Of a stretch of DNA of 64,000 bases, positions 56,186 through 64,000 are shown piece by piece; positions within the stretch are counted from its first letter, which is position 1, and every line of letters begins with the position of its first letter. Location: positions 4,407 through 68,406 of the forward strand of contig JAFVXH010000022.1 of assembly GCA_017501225.1 (NCBI GenBank). Reading direction: 5' to 3'. Made by a program: the position numbers and the translations under genes. The notes under the pieces are model-generated. The model saw only the letters and a list, made by a program, of their open reading frames with translations. It ran no database searches and was not told the DNA's origin. The DNA comes from Clostridia bacterium. GTDB taxonomy: Bacteria > Bacillota > Clostridia > Oscillospirales > CAG-272.

Positions 56186-57934
56186 ATGCAACTTATCAAA
56201 CGGTTGGCAGGATGTGTCAGGGATGCGAAGAAATACGCGATCTGGACCCTGATCTTTATCGTGGGCGAGGCGATCATCGAAACCTTCCTCCCCTTTATCA
56301 CTGCCGATCTCATCAACAAAATCAGTAAGGAGAATATGGATACGGGCGAGGTCGTCAAGGTTGGCATCCTTCTGGCGGTCATGGCGCTTCTTTCGCTGGC
56401 TTGCGGCGGAATTGCAGGATTCACCTCCGCGCGCGCAAGCTCGAGCTTTTCCAGGAACATACGTCACGATCTGTTCGACAAGATCCAGACCTACTCCTTC
56501 ACCAACATCGACAAATTTTCTTCTTCCTCTCTGGTAACCCGTATGACGACCGACGTTTCCAACGTGCAAATGGCGTTTATGATGCTGATCCGGATCGCTG
56601 TCCGCAGTCCGCTGATGCTGATTTTCTCGCTGATCATGTCCTTCCGCATGGGCGGTTGGCTGGCGATGGCATTTGTGATCGTGGTTCCGGTTCTGGTGAT
56701 CGGTCTTTTGCTGATCGCGAAGTACGCAATGCCCGCATTCCGTGCGGTATTCCATAAGTATGACCACCTCAATGAATCCATTGAGGAGAACGTGCGCGGC
56801 AGCCGCGTGGTCAAGAGCTTTTCTCGCGAGGAATACGAAAAAAAGAAATTCGGCGAGAAGGCAGAGGATATCCGTGCGGACTTCACAAAGGCGGAGCGCA
56901 TCGTGGCACTCAACACGCCTCTGATGCAGTTCTGCATGTATTTTAACATGATTTTCGTCCTGATCGTCGGATCGATGCTGGCGATCAAGTTCCGCGGCAC
57001 CACCATTGACGTCGGTCACATTTCGGCAATTTTGACCTACGGTGTGCAGGTTCTGATGAGCCTGATGTCGCTTTCTATGATCTACGTGATGCTGACCATG
57101 TCGATCGAGTCGGCAAAGCGTGTGTGTGAGGTGCTCTTTGAGGAGAGCGCTCTGAAGAATCCCGAATCCCCCGTTATGACCGTCCGGGACGGCTCGATCG
57201 TTTATGAGGACGTCAACTTCAAGTATTCCGCGGCGGCACAGAAGAACGCGCTTTCGGGAATCAATCTCACCATCCCCTCGGGTGCGACTGTCGGAATCAT
57301 CGGAGGCACCGGCTCGGGAAAATCCTCCTTGGTGCAGCTTATTCCGCGTCTGTATGACGTCAGCGAGGGAAGCGTCAAGGTTGGCGGCGTCGACGTGCGT
57401 GATTACGATATGGACGTTCTTCGCTCGGAGGTCGCGATGGTTTTGCAAAAGAATCTTCTCTTCTCGGGCACCATCAAGGAGAATTTGCGTTGGGGTAACG
57501 AGAACGCAAGCGACGAGGAGCTGATCGAGGCTTGCCGTCTTGCGCAGGCAGATGACTTCGTGCGCTCCTTCCCCGATGGGTACGATACCAAGATCGAGCA
57601 GGGAGGCACCAACGTATCGGGCGGACAGAAGCAGCGCCTTTGCATCGCGCGTGCACTCCTGAAAAAGCCCAAGATCCTGATTCTGGACGACTCCACCAGC
57701 GCCGTGGATACCAAGACCGACGCCCTCATTCGTCAGGGCTTTGCGTCCTATATTCCGCAGACCACCAAGATCATCATTGCACAGCGCATCGCGTCCGTGC
57801 AGGAGGCAGATCTGATCGTGGTGATGGAAAACGGACAGATCCACGCGTGCGGCAATCACGAGGAGCTGATGCAAACCAGCACCATTTACCGCGAGGTTTA
57901 TGAGCAGCAAACGAACGGAGGTGTGAAGGCATGA
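56186..57934 (+). CDS. ABC exporter permease/ATPase fusion (heterodimer subunit 1)
   Basis: 582 aa. Six TM segments, then an NBD with Walker A GGTGSGKSS, signature SGGQKQR, Walker B ILILDDSTSAVD. Confidence 0.88.
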   Translation: MQLIKRLAGCVRDAKKYAIWTLIFIVGEAIIETFLPFITADLINKISKENMDTGEVVKVGILLAVMALLSLACGGIAGFTSARASSSFSRNIRHDLFDKIQTYSFTNIDKFSSSSLVTRMTTDVSNVQMAFMMLIRIAVRSPLMLIFSLIMSFRMGGWLAMAFVIVVPVLVIGLLLIAKYAMPAFRAVFHKYDHLNESIEENVRGSRVVKSFSREEYEKKKFGEKAEDIRADFTKAERIVALNTPLMQFCMYFNMIFVLIVGSMLAIKFRGTTIDVGHISAILTYGVQVLMSLMSLSMIYVMLTMSIESAKRVCEVLFEESALKNPESPVMTVRDGSIVYEDVNFKYSAAAQKNALSGINLTIPSGATVGIIGGTGSGKSSLVQLIPRLYDVSEGSVKVGGVDVRDYDMDVLRSEVAMVLQKNLLFSGTIKENLRWGNENASDEELIEACRLAQADDFVRSFPDGYDTKIEQGGTNVSGGQKQRLCIARALLKKPKILILDDSTSAVDTKTDALIRQGFASYIPQTTKIIIAQRIASVQEADLIVVMENGQIHACGNHEELMQTSTIYREVYEQQTNGGVKA

Positions 57935-59895
57935 AAAGAAAAGCACAGCACACAGCCGATCAGAAGCCGCAAATGCCAAACGGCGGTACGGTGCCCCACA
58001 AGAAGCCGAAGTTCAATCCGGGACTCCTCGGCCGCGTCATCAAAATGCTGATTGGCTATTATCCCGCACTCTTTCCCATTTCCATTCTCTGCATCATTTT
58101 CACCGCCGTTACGTCCGCGATCCCCGCTCTGTTTTTGCAGAAGGTCGTTGAACTGATCCGCGTATGGCAGGTATCGGGTGACTGGGCAAGCGCCTCCAAG
58201 GAGATCTTGCCGCAGATCCTGTTTTTGGCGTCCATGTACGTCTTGGCGCTCCTTTCCATTACCGTTGAGTCCCAGCTCATGGCAAGCATCACGCAAGGCT
58301 TCCTTTGCAAGATGCGCCGCACCATGTTTGAGAAGATGCAGAATCTTCCGATCAAGTATTTTGATACGCACAAGCATGGCGATATCATGAGCTATTATAC
58401 CAACGATATCGATACCTTGCGTCAGCTGGTATCGCAGTCCATCCCCACCTTCGTGCGTTGCAGTGTCATCGTCCTGACCGTACTCTTCATCATGCTGTAT
58501 TACAGCATTTGGCTGACATTGCTTTTGTTGGTCGGTGTCGCTTTGATGATGCTGGTTTCCAAAAAGGTCGGCGGCGGCTCTGCCAAGTACTTTATGCGCT
58601 TGCAGCGCTCGGTCGCATCCCTGGAGGGATATGCGCAGGAGATGATGAACGGTCAGAAGGTCGTCAAGGTCTTCGGACGCGAGAAGCAGTGCAAGGAGGG
58701 CTTTGACGAGATCAACGATGCTCTCTACAGCGATTCCTACCGTGCCCATGCGTATGCGAACATGTTAGGGCCGATCATTATGAACCTCGGCAACATCATG
58801 TACGTGGCAGTGGCGCTGGTCGGAGGACTGATGGCAGTCACCGGTGCGCGCAATCTCAGCCTGTTTGGAACCTTCCCGACCGTCGGGGTGGACATCATCG
58901 TGCCGTTCCTTAGCATGACGCGCCAGTTTACGGGTAATATCAACCAGCTTTCCCAGCAGATCAACTCGATCGTAATGAGTATCGCGGGAGCGAAGCGTAT
59001 CTTTGAGCTGATGGATCAGATTCCTGAGCCGGATGACGGATACGTGACGCTGGTCAACGCGACCGTCGGAGAGGACGGAAGCATTTCGGAAAGTGACGTC
59101 CGCACGGGCGTCTGGGCATGGAAGCATCCGCATACAGACGGAAGCATCACGTATACGCTCCTGCAGGGCGACGTTCGCATGACTGAGGTGGACTTCGCGT
59201 ACGAGGAGGGCAAGACGGTATTGCATGACGTATCGGTCTATGCCGAGCCCGGACAAAAGGTCGCGTTCGTCGGTGCTACGGGCGCGGGTAAGACTACCAT
59301 TACCAACCTGATCAACCGATTCTACGATATCGCGGACGGAAAGATCCGATACGACGGTATCAATATCAACAAGATCAAAAAAGCCGATCTGCGCAGATCC
59401 TTGGGCATCGTGCTGCAGGATACCAACCTCTTTACCGGTACGCTGATGGAGAATATCCGATACGGCAACCTGGATGCGACGGATGAGGAATGCATTCGCG
59501 CGGCGGTCTTAGTCGGCGCGGACGATTTCATCACACGTCTGCCGAACGGATATCAGACCGAGCTTTCCAACAACGGAGCGAACCTCTCGCAGGGACAGCG
59601 ACAGCTCATCGCCATCGCGCGCGCAGCCGTTGCGGATCCTCCCGTTATGATCCTGGATGAGGCGACCTCGTCCATCGACACGCGCACCGAGGCGATCGTA
59701 CAAAAGGGCATGGATGCTCTGATGAAGGGCAGAACCGTGTTCGTCATCGCGCACCGCCTGTCTACGGTACGCAATTCCGACGTGATCATGGTGCTCGACC
59801 ACGGACGCATCATCGAGCGCGGAAGTCACGATCAGCTCATCGCCGAAAAAGGGCAGTACTATCAGCTCTACACCGGCGCGTTCGAGCTGGAATGA
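57931..59895 (+). CDS. ABC exporter permease/ATPase fusion (heterodimer subunit 2)
   Basis: 654 aa. Its start overlaps the upstream stop (ATGA). Walker A GATGAGKTT, signature SQGQRQL, Walker B MILDEATSSID. Has an extra segment of about 35 aa just before the NBD. Confidence 0.88.
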   Translation: MKRKAQHTADQKPQMPNGGTVPHKKPKFNPGLLGRVIKMLIGYYPALFPISILCIIFTAVTSAIPALFLQKVVELIRVWQVSGDWASASKEILPQILFLASMYVLALLSITVESQLMASITQGFLCKMRRTMFEKMQNLPIKYFDTHKHGDIMSYYTNDIDTLRQLVSQSIPTFVRCSVIVLTVLFIMLYYSIWLTLLLLVGVALMMLVSKKVGGGSAKYFMRLQRSVASLEGYAQEMMNGQKVVKVFGREKQCKEGFDEINDALYSDSYRAHAYANMLGPIIMNLGNIMYVAVALVGGLMAVTGARNLSLFGTFPTVGVDIIVPFLSMTRQFTGNINQLSQQINSIVMSIAGAKRIFELMDQIPEPDDGYVTLVNATVGEDGSISESDVRTGVWAWKHPHTDGSITYTLLQGDVRMTEVDFAYEEGKTVLHDVSVYAEPGQKVAFVGATGAGKTTITNLINRFYDIADGKIRYDGININKIKKADLRRSLGIVLQDTNLFTGTLMENIRYGNLDATDEECIRAAVLVGADDFITRLPNGYQTELSNNGANLSQGQRQLIAIARAAVADPPVMILDEATSSIDTRTEAIVQKGMDALMKGRTVFVIAHRLSTVRNSDVIMVLDHGRIIERGSHDQLIAEKGQYYQLYTGAFELE

Positions 59896-59910
59896 TCAAA
59901 ACAATCAAGC

Positions 59911-59952
59911 AAGCCCCCGTTTCGAAAAAAACGAAACGGGGGCTATTTTTTT
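59911..59952 (+). terminator. intrinsic terminator after the ABC operon
   Basis: AGCCCCCGTTTCG-aaaaaaa-CGAAACGGGGGCT followed by ATTTTTTTG. Confidence 0.85.
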
Positions 59953-59963
59953 GCTTTTTGGGG

Positions 59964-59992
59964 TTTACAAACGGAAAAACGTGTGATATAAT
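59964..59992 (+). promoter_or_regulatory. candidate promoter in an AT-rich spacer
   Basis: TTTACA (59964-59969), 17-nt spacer, TATAAT (59987-59992). The nearest ORF start is about 290 nt downstream. Confidence 0.4.
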
Positions 59993-60285
59993 GAAAAATG
60001 CCAAACAAATTTCATAAAGCAATGATTAGGGTATTTCTCTCTTTTTTGAAAAAGGGTGAATGATACCTTTTTTCGGCGTACACAATTAACATGTGAATTT
60101 GGCAAAAACGCGGGTTCCCATGGTAATTGTGCAAGGAATATCCTGAATAATTGCTTGAAATTTGTTTGGCGACAATTGGAGCCTGCGTTTTTCGGTGCGT
60201 TGACTTCGGTTGGCGCACTTTTTTATTTTTGTGCAGGACCGGAAACTCGGAATGGTATGAATATTTCCAAAAGGGGGATCGTAAC

Positions 60286-60990
60286 GTGAGTTTTTTGGAC
60301 GAGCTGCAGCGAGTCAGACAGGGGAAAATTGATTTCGAATGGGTTGAAAAGCAAAGGGAGCTTGCATTGCAGAACGCTGCTGCAAGCTATTATGAAATAT
60401 TGAAGGAGCGTTTATTGATACGCGCAAGAAATGCCGGGCTTCACATACTGGAGGGATACTATTTTATTGATTCCCATTCTCTGTATTCCAATCAGATGTA
60501 TGATCTGGGACGGGATATGAGGGAAAAGATCGGAATTGAGGTTCTCTCGCCAAAACGGCATTTTGACGGTACACGTCCGGATTATAGCGAGCTGATTGAG
60601 GAAAAGCATATTGATTATGGATACCATAACCCCTCCGGTTATTGCCTGAAACAGGATCGGGATGTACGGTTGCATGCTGAATACGGTTATTACAGCTGCG
60701 CCCTGAGTGTTGGCGTGGCGTTATACGGAACGGTCAATTGCACGGCTTGCGGCGTGTTAAAAAACAAATTTCATTACAGTGTGGAATTTAACAAGTATAT
60801 GCATGTTTTTGCGGAGCTGTTAAAAAGTATGGCGCAAAAGGATGGGATTTCGTTACACGGGCCGTTTATCAAAAGCTTTCGGGCGGGGATTGAAATTGCC
60901 GAGGATGACGGGATCATTCTGTCACAGCAGCTTGATTGCAGCCGCAGCAGCGAATGGATGGCAGCCATCCGGTATCAAATTCTATTGTGA
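60286..60990 (+). CDS. hypothetical protein (orphan, low GC)
   Basis: GTG start at 60286 preceded by AAGGGGGA, 234 aa. The upstream part of the track ORF has no RBS. I recognise no motif. GC is visibly lower than in the flanks. Confidence 0.5.
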   Translation: MSFLDELQRVRQGKIDFEWVEKQRELALQNAAASYYEILKERLLIRARNAGLHILEGYYFIDSHSLYSNQMYDLGRDMREKIGIEVLSPKRHFDGTRPDYSELIEEKHIDYGYHNPSGYCLKQDRDVRLHAEYGYYSCALSVGVALYGTVNCTACGVLKNKFHYSVEFNKYMHVFAELLKSMAQKDGISLHGPFIKSFRAGIEIAEDDGIILSQQLDCSRSSEWMAAIRYQILL

Positions 60991-61049
60991 TCAAGAATTT
61001 TGGAGTATGAGAAATATCAGCCGGCATTTACATAAAATTGATAGAAAAC

Positions 61050-61090
61050 AGCCCCACCATCCGAAAGAATTCGAATGGTGGGGCTTTTTT
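61050..61090. terminator. bidirectional intrinsic terminator (orphan gene / DegT gene)
   Basis: AGCCCCACCATCCGAAAGAATTCGAATGGTGGGGCT followed by TTTTT. Confidence 0.75.
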
Positions 61091-61102
61091 ATAAACGCTT
61101 TC

Positions 61103-62374
61103 TCACTTACTATTCTTCGCAATGACTGCCTTGATGCCCTCGATGACCTTTTCGATGTGCTCCTTTTCCCAGGAGGGATGCAGGAAAAGCGACACCGTCT
61201 GGTCACGCAGCGATCTTGCGACGGGGCAGACGACCTTGGAATAATCCACGGTCTTAGGATCGGTGTATTCCTTGGACTTGAACGGGAACTGCGCATCTCC
61301 AAAGCCTACGCCCTCCTGATATGCCTGCTCGAGATAGCTCTCGGGCCACAGAATACCGGAGCAGGGGATACCCAATGCGATCAGCTCCTTGATAAAATCC
61401 TTTGCGGTGATGGTGACGACGTCAAGATCCAACAGGATCGGGTACCACCAATATGCGTTCTTGCGCTCCGCGGTATTGACGGGCACTGCCTTGATGCCGC
61501 GAAGTCCCGTGAGTGCCTTGTCGTACATTGCGGCGTACTCAAAGCGGCGCGCGAGGTTCCAATCGTCAAAGCGACGGAGCTCGCAAAGACCGATCATGGA
61601 CTGCATCTCGGTCATGCGGTAGTTGAATCCGACGCGACGGTGGATGTAGGGAAGCTTTTCCTCAAGTGCCAGCATGTTCATACGCGTGCGGACGTCGTAT
61701 CCGTGGTCGCGGAAGGAGCGGCACTCCCATGCGAGATCCTCGTTGTTGGTGATGACCATACCGCCCTCACCGCCCGTGGTGAAGTGCTTGGACTGGCAGA
61801 AGGAATAGCATCCGACGTCGCCCACAAGTCCTACCATGGTATCCTTGTATTTGCCGCCGATGCACTGCGCGCAGTCCTCAACGACGTAAAGCTTGTGCTT
61901 CTTTGCGATCTCCAGAATGGGACCCATGTCGGCAACCACGCCGTACAGGTGCACGACCACGATCGCCTTGGTTCGGGTCGTGATGAGTGCTTCAATACAT
62001 TTGGGATCCAGCGTGTGATCCTCGGTCACGTCACCGAACACGGGAACGGCGCCCGCCTGAACCACCGAGAAGGAGGATGCGATAAAGGTGTAGGAGGGCA
62101 CGATGACTTCATCCCCGGGGCCTACGCCAAGAGCTGAGAGCGCGATGTGGAGCGCCGCTGTTCCGTTGGTGCAGGAGATCGCGAATTTCGCGCCCGACCA
62201 CTTTGCGAACGCGTCCTCAAACTCCATGCCGACCTTACCCGTCCAATAGTTGACCTTTCCGGAAAGCAGAACCTTGGACACCTCCTCGGGCACCTCGGGT
62301 GCAAATTGCGGCCAGCCGGGGAAGCCGATCTCCTCAACGCCCGAGCCGTTCATTACGAGATCTTTTTTTGCCAT
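61103..62374 (-). CDS. DegT/DnrJ/EryC1/StrS-family PLP-dependent sugar aminotransferase
   Basis: 423 aa. ..SCTNGTAALHIALSALGVGPGDEVIVPSYTF.. and the PLP lysine in FCQSKHFTTGGEGG. Confidence 0.85.
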   Translation of the reverse strand: MAKKDLVMNGSGVEEIGFPGWPQFAPEVPEEVSKVLLSGKVNYWTGKVGMEFEDAFAKWSGAKFAISCTNGTAALHIALSALGVGPGDEVIVPSYTFIASSFSVVQAGAVPVFGDVTEDHTLDPKCIEALITTRTKAIVVVHLYGVVADMGPILEIAKKHKLYVVEDCAQCIGGKYKDTMVGLVGDVGCYSFCQSKHFTTGGEGGMVITNNEDLAWECRSFRDHGYDVRTRMNMLALEEKLPYIHRRVGFNYRMTEMQSMIGLCELRRFDDWNLARRFEYAAMYDKALTGLRGIKAVPVNTAERKNAYWWYPILLDLDVVTITAKDFIKELIALGIPCSGILWPESYLEQAYQEGVGFGDAQFPFKSKEYTDPKTVDYSKVVCPVARSLRDQTVSLFLHPSWEKEHIEKVIEGIKAVIAKNSK

Positions 62375-62505
62375 GATTTCAGTACCTCATTTCATTTTGA
62401 TTTATCTTTTTGATAAAAATATTTAGCATTTCTTCTTTTGCAAGAATCAGACATCCGCGCAAGAGAGGGGGAGCGCGGATGCCTTTTGAAAAAATGTCAA
62501 GAATA

Positions 62506-62534
62506 TTGACATTTCCTTGCATATATGATACAAT
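62506..62534 (+). promoter_or_regulatory. candidate promoter for the AraC-family gene
   Basis: TTGACA, 17-nt spacer, TACAAT. The -35 lies inside the inverted repeat TGTCAAgaataTTGACA (62495-62511). Confidence 0.45.
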
Positions 62535-62599
62535 ATTTTTGACGGAATGTATTTATCCAAGATTTCCGAAAATTTATCATTTCTTCCGCGAGGTAAATT

Positions 62600-63490
62600 A
62601 TGGACTTTCGACAGCATCCGATCAAGCGCGAAATTGAGATCGAGGGCTTTCACAGCATTTATTATTTTGAGTTCGACAAGGACTTTTATTATTTGCCCGA
62701 AAAGTACGATTTCTGGGTCATGACCTATTGCGATATGGGAAAGATCATTTCCATCGCGGACGGTGTCGCGCAGACCGTTGAGCAAGGGCAGCTGGTGTTC
62801 AATCCTCCAAACGAGGTGCACGCGCACGTTTCCAATAAGGTCGATCCCAACAATATGCTGATCGTGGCATTCAGCTGTCACAGCCCCGCCATGGAGTTCT
62901 TTGAGCACAAGACGTTTACGCTGGGCAAGACCGAGAAGACGCTCTTATCCCTCTTTGCCAAGACCGCAAGGGAGGCACTGGGGAAGCTGCCGGGGGATTA
63001 TTACAACCGCGATCCGCTGGATTTTACCGACGCTCCCGTAGGCACGATGCAGCTGCTGGAATGCTATCTGACCGAGCTTTTGCTCCTGCTTTTGCGCGGA
63101 GGAGATGAGGCATCCTACAGCACGCCGCTTGCAGGCGAGGCATCGCGCGAGCTGGTGCAAAGCTCACTTGCGGAGATGATCGTTTCCTATCTGCGTGAGA
63201 ACGTACGGAATACGGTTACACTGTCCGATCTTTGCGACCGCTTCTTTATGGGCAAATCCGGACTTTATAAGCTGTTTGACGAGCATCTGGGGCAGAGCCC
63301 GATGGAATACTTCGCCGCGCTGAAAATTGCGGAGGCAAAGCGCCTGTTGCGCCATGGGGAGCTTTCGGTCGGTGCTATTTCCGATATGCTCTCTTATTCC
63401 TCCATCCATAATTTTTCCAGAGCCTTCAAGAACGCCACGGGAGTATCTCCCATGGATTACCGAAAAAAGTCGGTGCACCGTGAAGAATAA
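62600..63490 (+). CDS. AraC-family transcriptional regulator (cupin-like N-domain plus HTH)
   Basis: 296 aa. C-terminal ..LSDLCDRFFMGKSGLYKLFDEHLGQSPMEYF....YSSIHNFSRAFKNATGVSPMDYR. Confidence 0.88.
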   Translation: MDFRQHPIKREIEIEGFHSIYYFEFDKDFYYLPEKYDFWVMTYCDMGKIISIADGVAQTVEQGQLVFNPPNEVHAHVSNKVDPNNMLIVAFSCHSPAMEFFEHKTFTLGKTEKTLLSLFAKTAREALGKLPGDYYNRDPLDFTDAPVGTMQLLECYLTELLLLLLRGGDEASYSTPLAGEASRELVQSSLAEMIVSYLRENVRNTVTLSDLCDRFFMGKSGLYKLFDEHLGQSPMEYFAALKIAEAKRLLRHGELSVGAISDMLSYSSIHNFSRAFKNATGVSPMDYRKKSVHREE

Positions 63491-63491
63491 A

Positions 63492-63525
63492 AAGAACAGA
63501 CACGCCGCAAGACGTGTCTGTTCTT
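63492..63525. terminator. bidirectional intrinsic terminator (AraC gene / cupin gene)
   Basis: AAGAACAGACACG-ccgcaaga-CGTGTCTGTTCTT followed by TTATT. Confidence 0.7.
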
Positions 63526-63537
63526 TTATTGGTTGCT

Positions 63538-63885
63538 TTACGCGTTCAGGATCAGCGCGATAAAAATAAGATCCTCTGTGCCGATATTCTTGACGCTATG
63601 TCCTTTGCCAAGGGGCGTGTAGGTGACGTCACCCGCCTCGACGCGCTGCGTCCGCCCATCCTCGGTATATTCCCCGACGCCGGAGAGGAAATAATACGCC
63701 TCGGAGTCGGTCGTGTGGACGTGATAGCCCACCTCGCCGCCGGGGGCAAGCGTTGCCCTCGCAAGGGTGCCGACGCTGTCGGGAAGACTTACGGCAAGCG
63801 ACATTTTGTCAAGGGAGAGATGGCCTGCACCACCCATGGGGGAAAGCTCCTCAAATTGAGGGATCTGTTCTTTTTTTGCTAACAT
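63538..63885 (-). CDS. cupin-domain protein
   Basis: 115 aa. G.EVGYHVH....EAYYFLSG.G and ..GHSV.N match the two cupin motifs. Confidence 0.75.
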   Translation of the reverse strand: MLAKKEQIPQFEELSPMGGAGHLSLDKMSLAVSLPDSVGTLARATLAPGGEVGYHVHTTDSEAYYFLSGVGEYTEDGRTQRVEAGDVTYTPLGKGHSVKNIGTEDLIFIALILNA

Positions 63886-64000
63886 AGGTTCCTCACAACG
63901 GCTTGATTTCCCCGGCGCTTACAGCTTGCCATACAGGGATTGAAATCATTATAACACATTTTAGAAGGGATTGCAAATACTTTTGAAAATCGGATCAGTC

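Noticed and set aside
57931-59895. An extra segment of about 35 aa (..YVTLVNATVGEDGSISESDVRTGVWAWKHPHTDGSITYTLLQ..) before the NBD of the second ABC subunit, considered as a possible novelty.
   Set aside because: I recall similar pre-NBD insertions in many Gram-positive heterodimeric ABC exporters. Without a database check I cannot argue it is unusual.

Overview
High-GC (roughly 55-60% by eye) chromosomal segment that looks like a Clostridia genome, possibly Oscillospiraceae-like. That guess rests on a SCIFF peptide/maturase pair, Firmicutes-type TTGACA-17-TATAAT promoters, and THF and preQ1-I riboswitches. Most of the window is housekeeping:
- a 2-oxoacid dehydrogenase operon (E2-E3-fused E1)
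- tRNA-Glu, rarA, a GT4-CsaB fusion, pgk-tpiA, an FkbM methyltransferase, a HIT protein, aspartate kinase, a PflX-like radical SAM protein and a YmdB-like phosphoesterase
- THF riboswitch-folT-folC and preQ1 riboswitch-queT-cca
- an NfeD/flotillin pair, scfA-scfB-decarboxylase and mgsA
- a Ca-type P-type ATPase, coaW, rqcH, trxB, a heterodimeric ABC exporter, a DegT aminotransferase, AraC and a cupin protein

The standout is an 18.8-kb run of 13 same-strand paralogous genes (30566-49389). Each encodes a sialidase-like Asp-box beta-propeller. They come in four forms: lipoproteins with TEAT-repeat linkers, lipoproteins with a shared KKTTERTEATTAATT linker, five leaderless (apparently cytoplasmic) copies, and one 787-aa copy with an N-terminal extension. 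No transporter, regulator or sialate-catabolism gene is interleaved.

Secondary items:
- two tandem 152-nt terminator-bearing RNA-like repeats next to tRNA-Glu
- a 48-aa SCIFF gene absent from the ORF track
- a low-GC three-gene islet (XRE / SLOG / Zn-ribbon) with three palindromic operator-like sites
- a low-GC orphan gene preceded by a promoter/terminator-rich spacer

No CRISPR array, rRNA, transposase or integrase was seen. Many long ORFs in the track are antisense shadows of real genes and were rejected.
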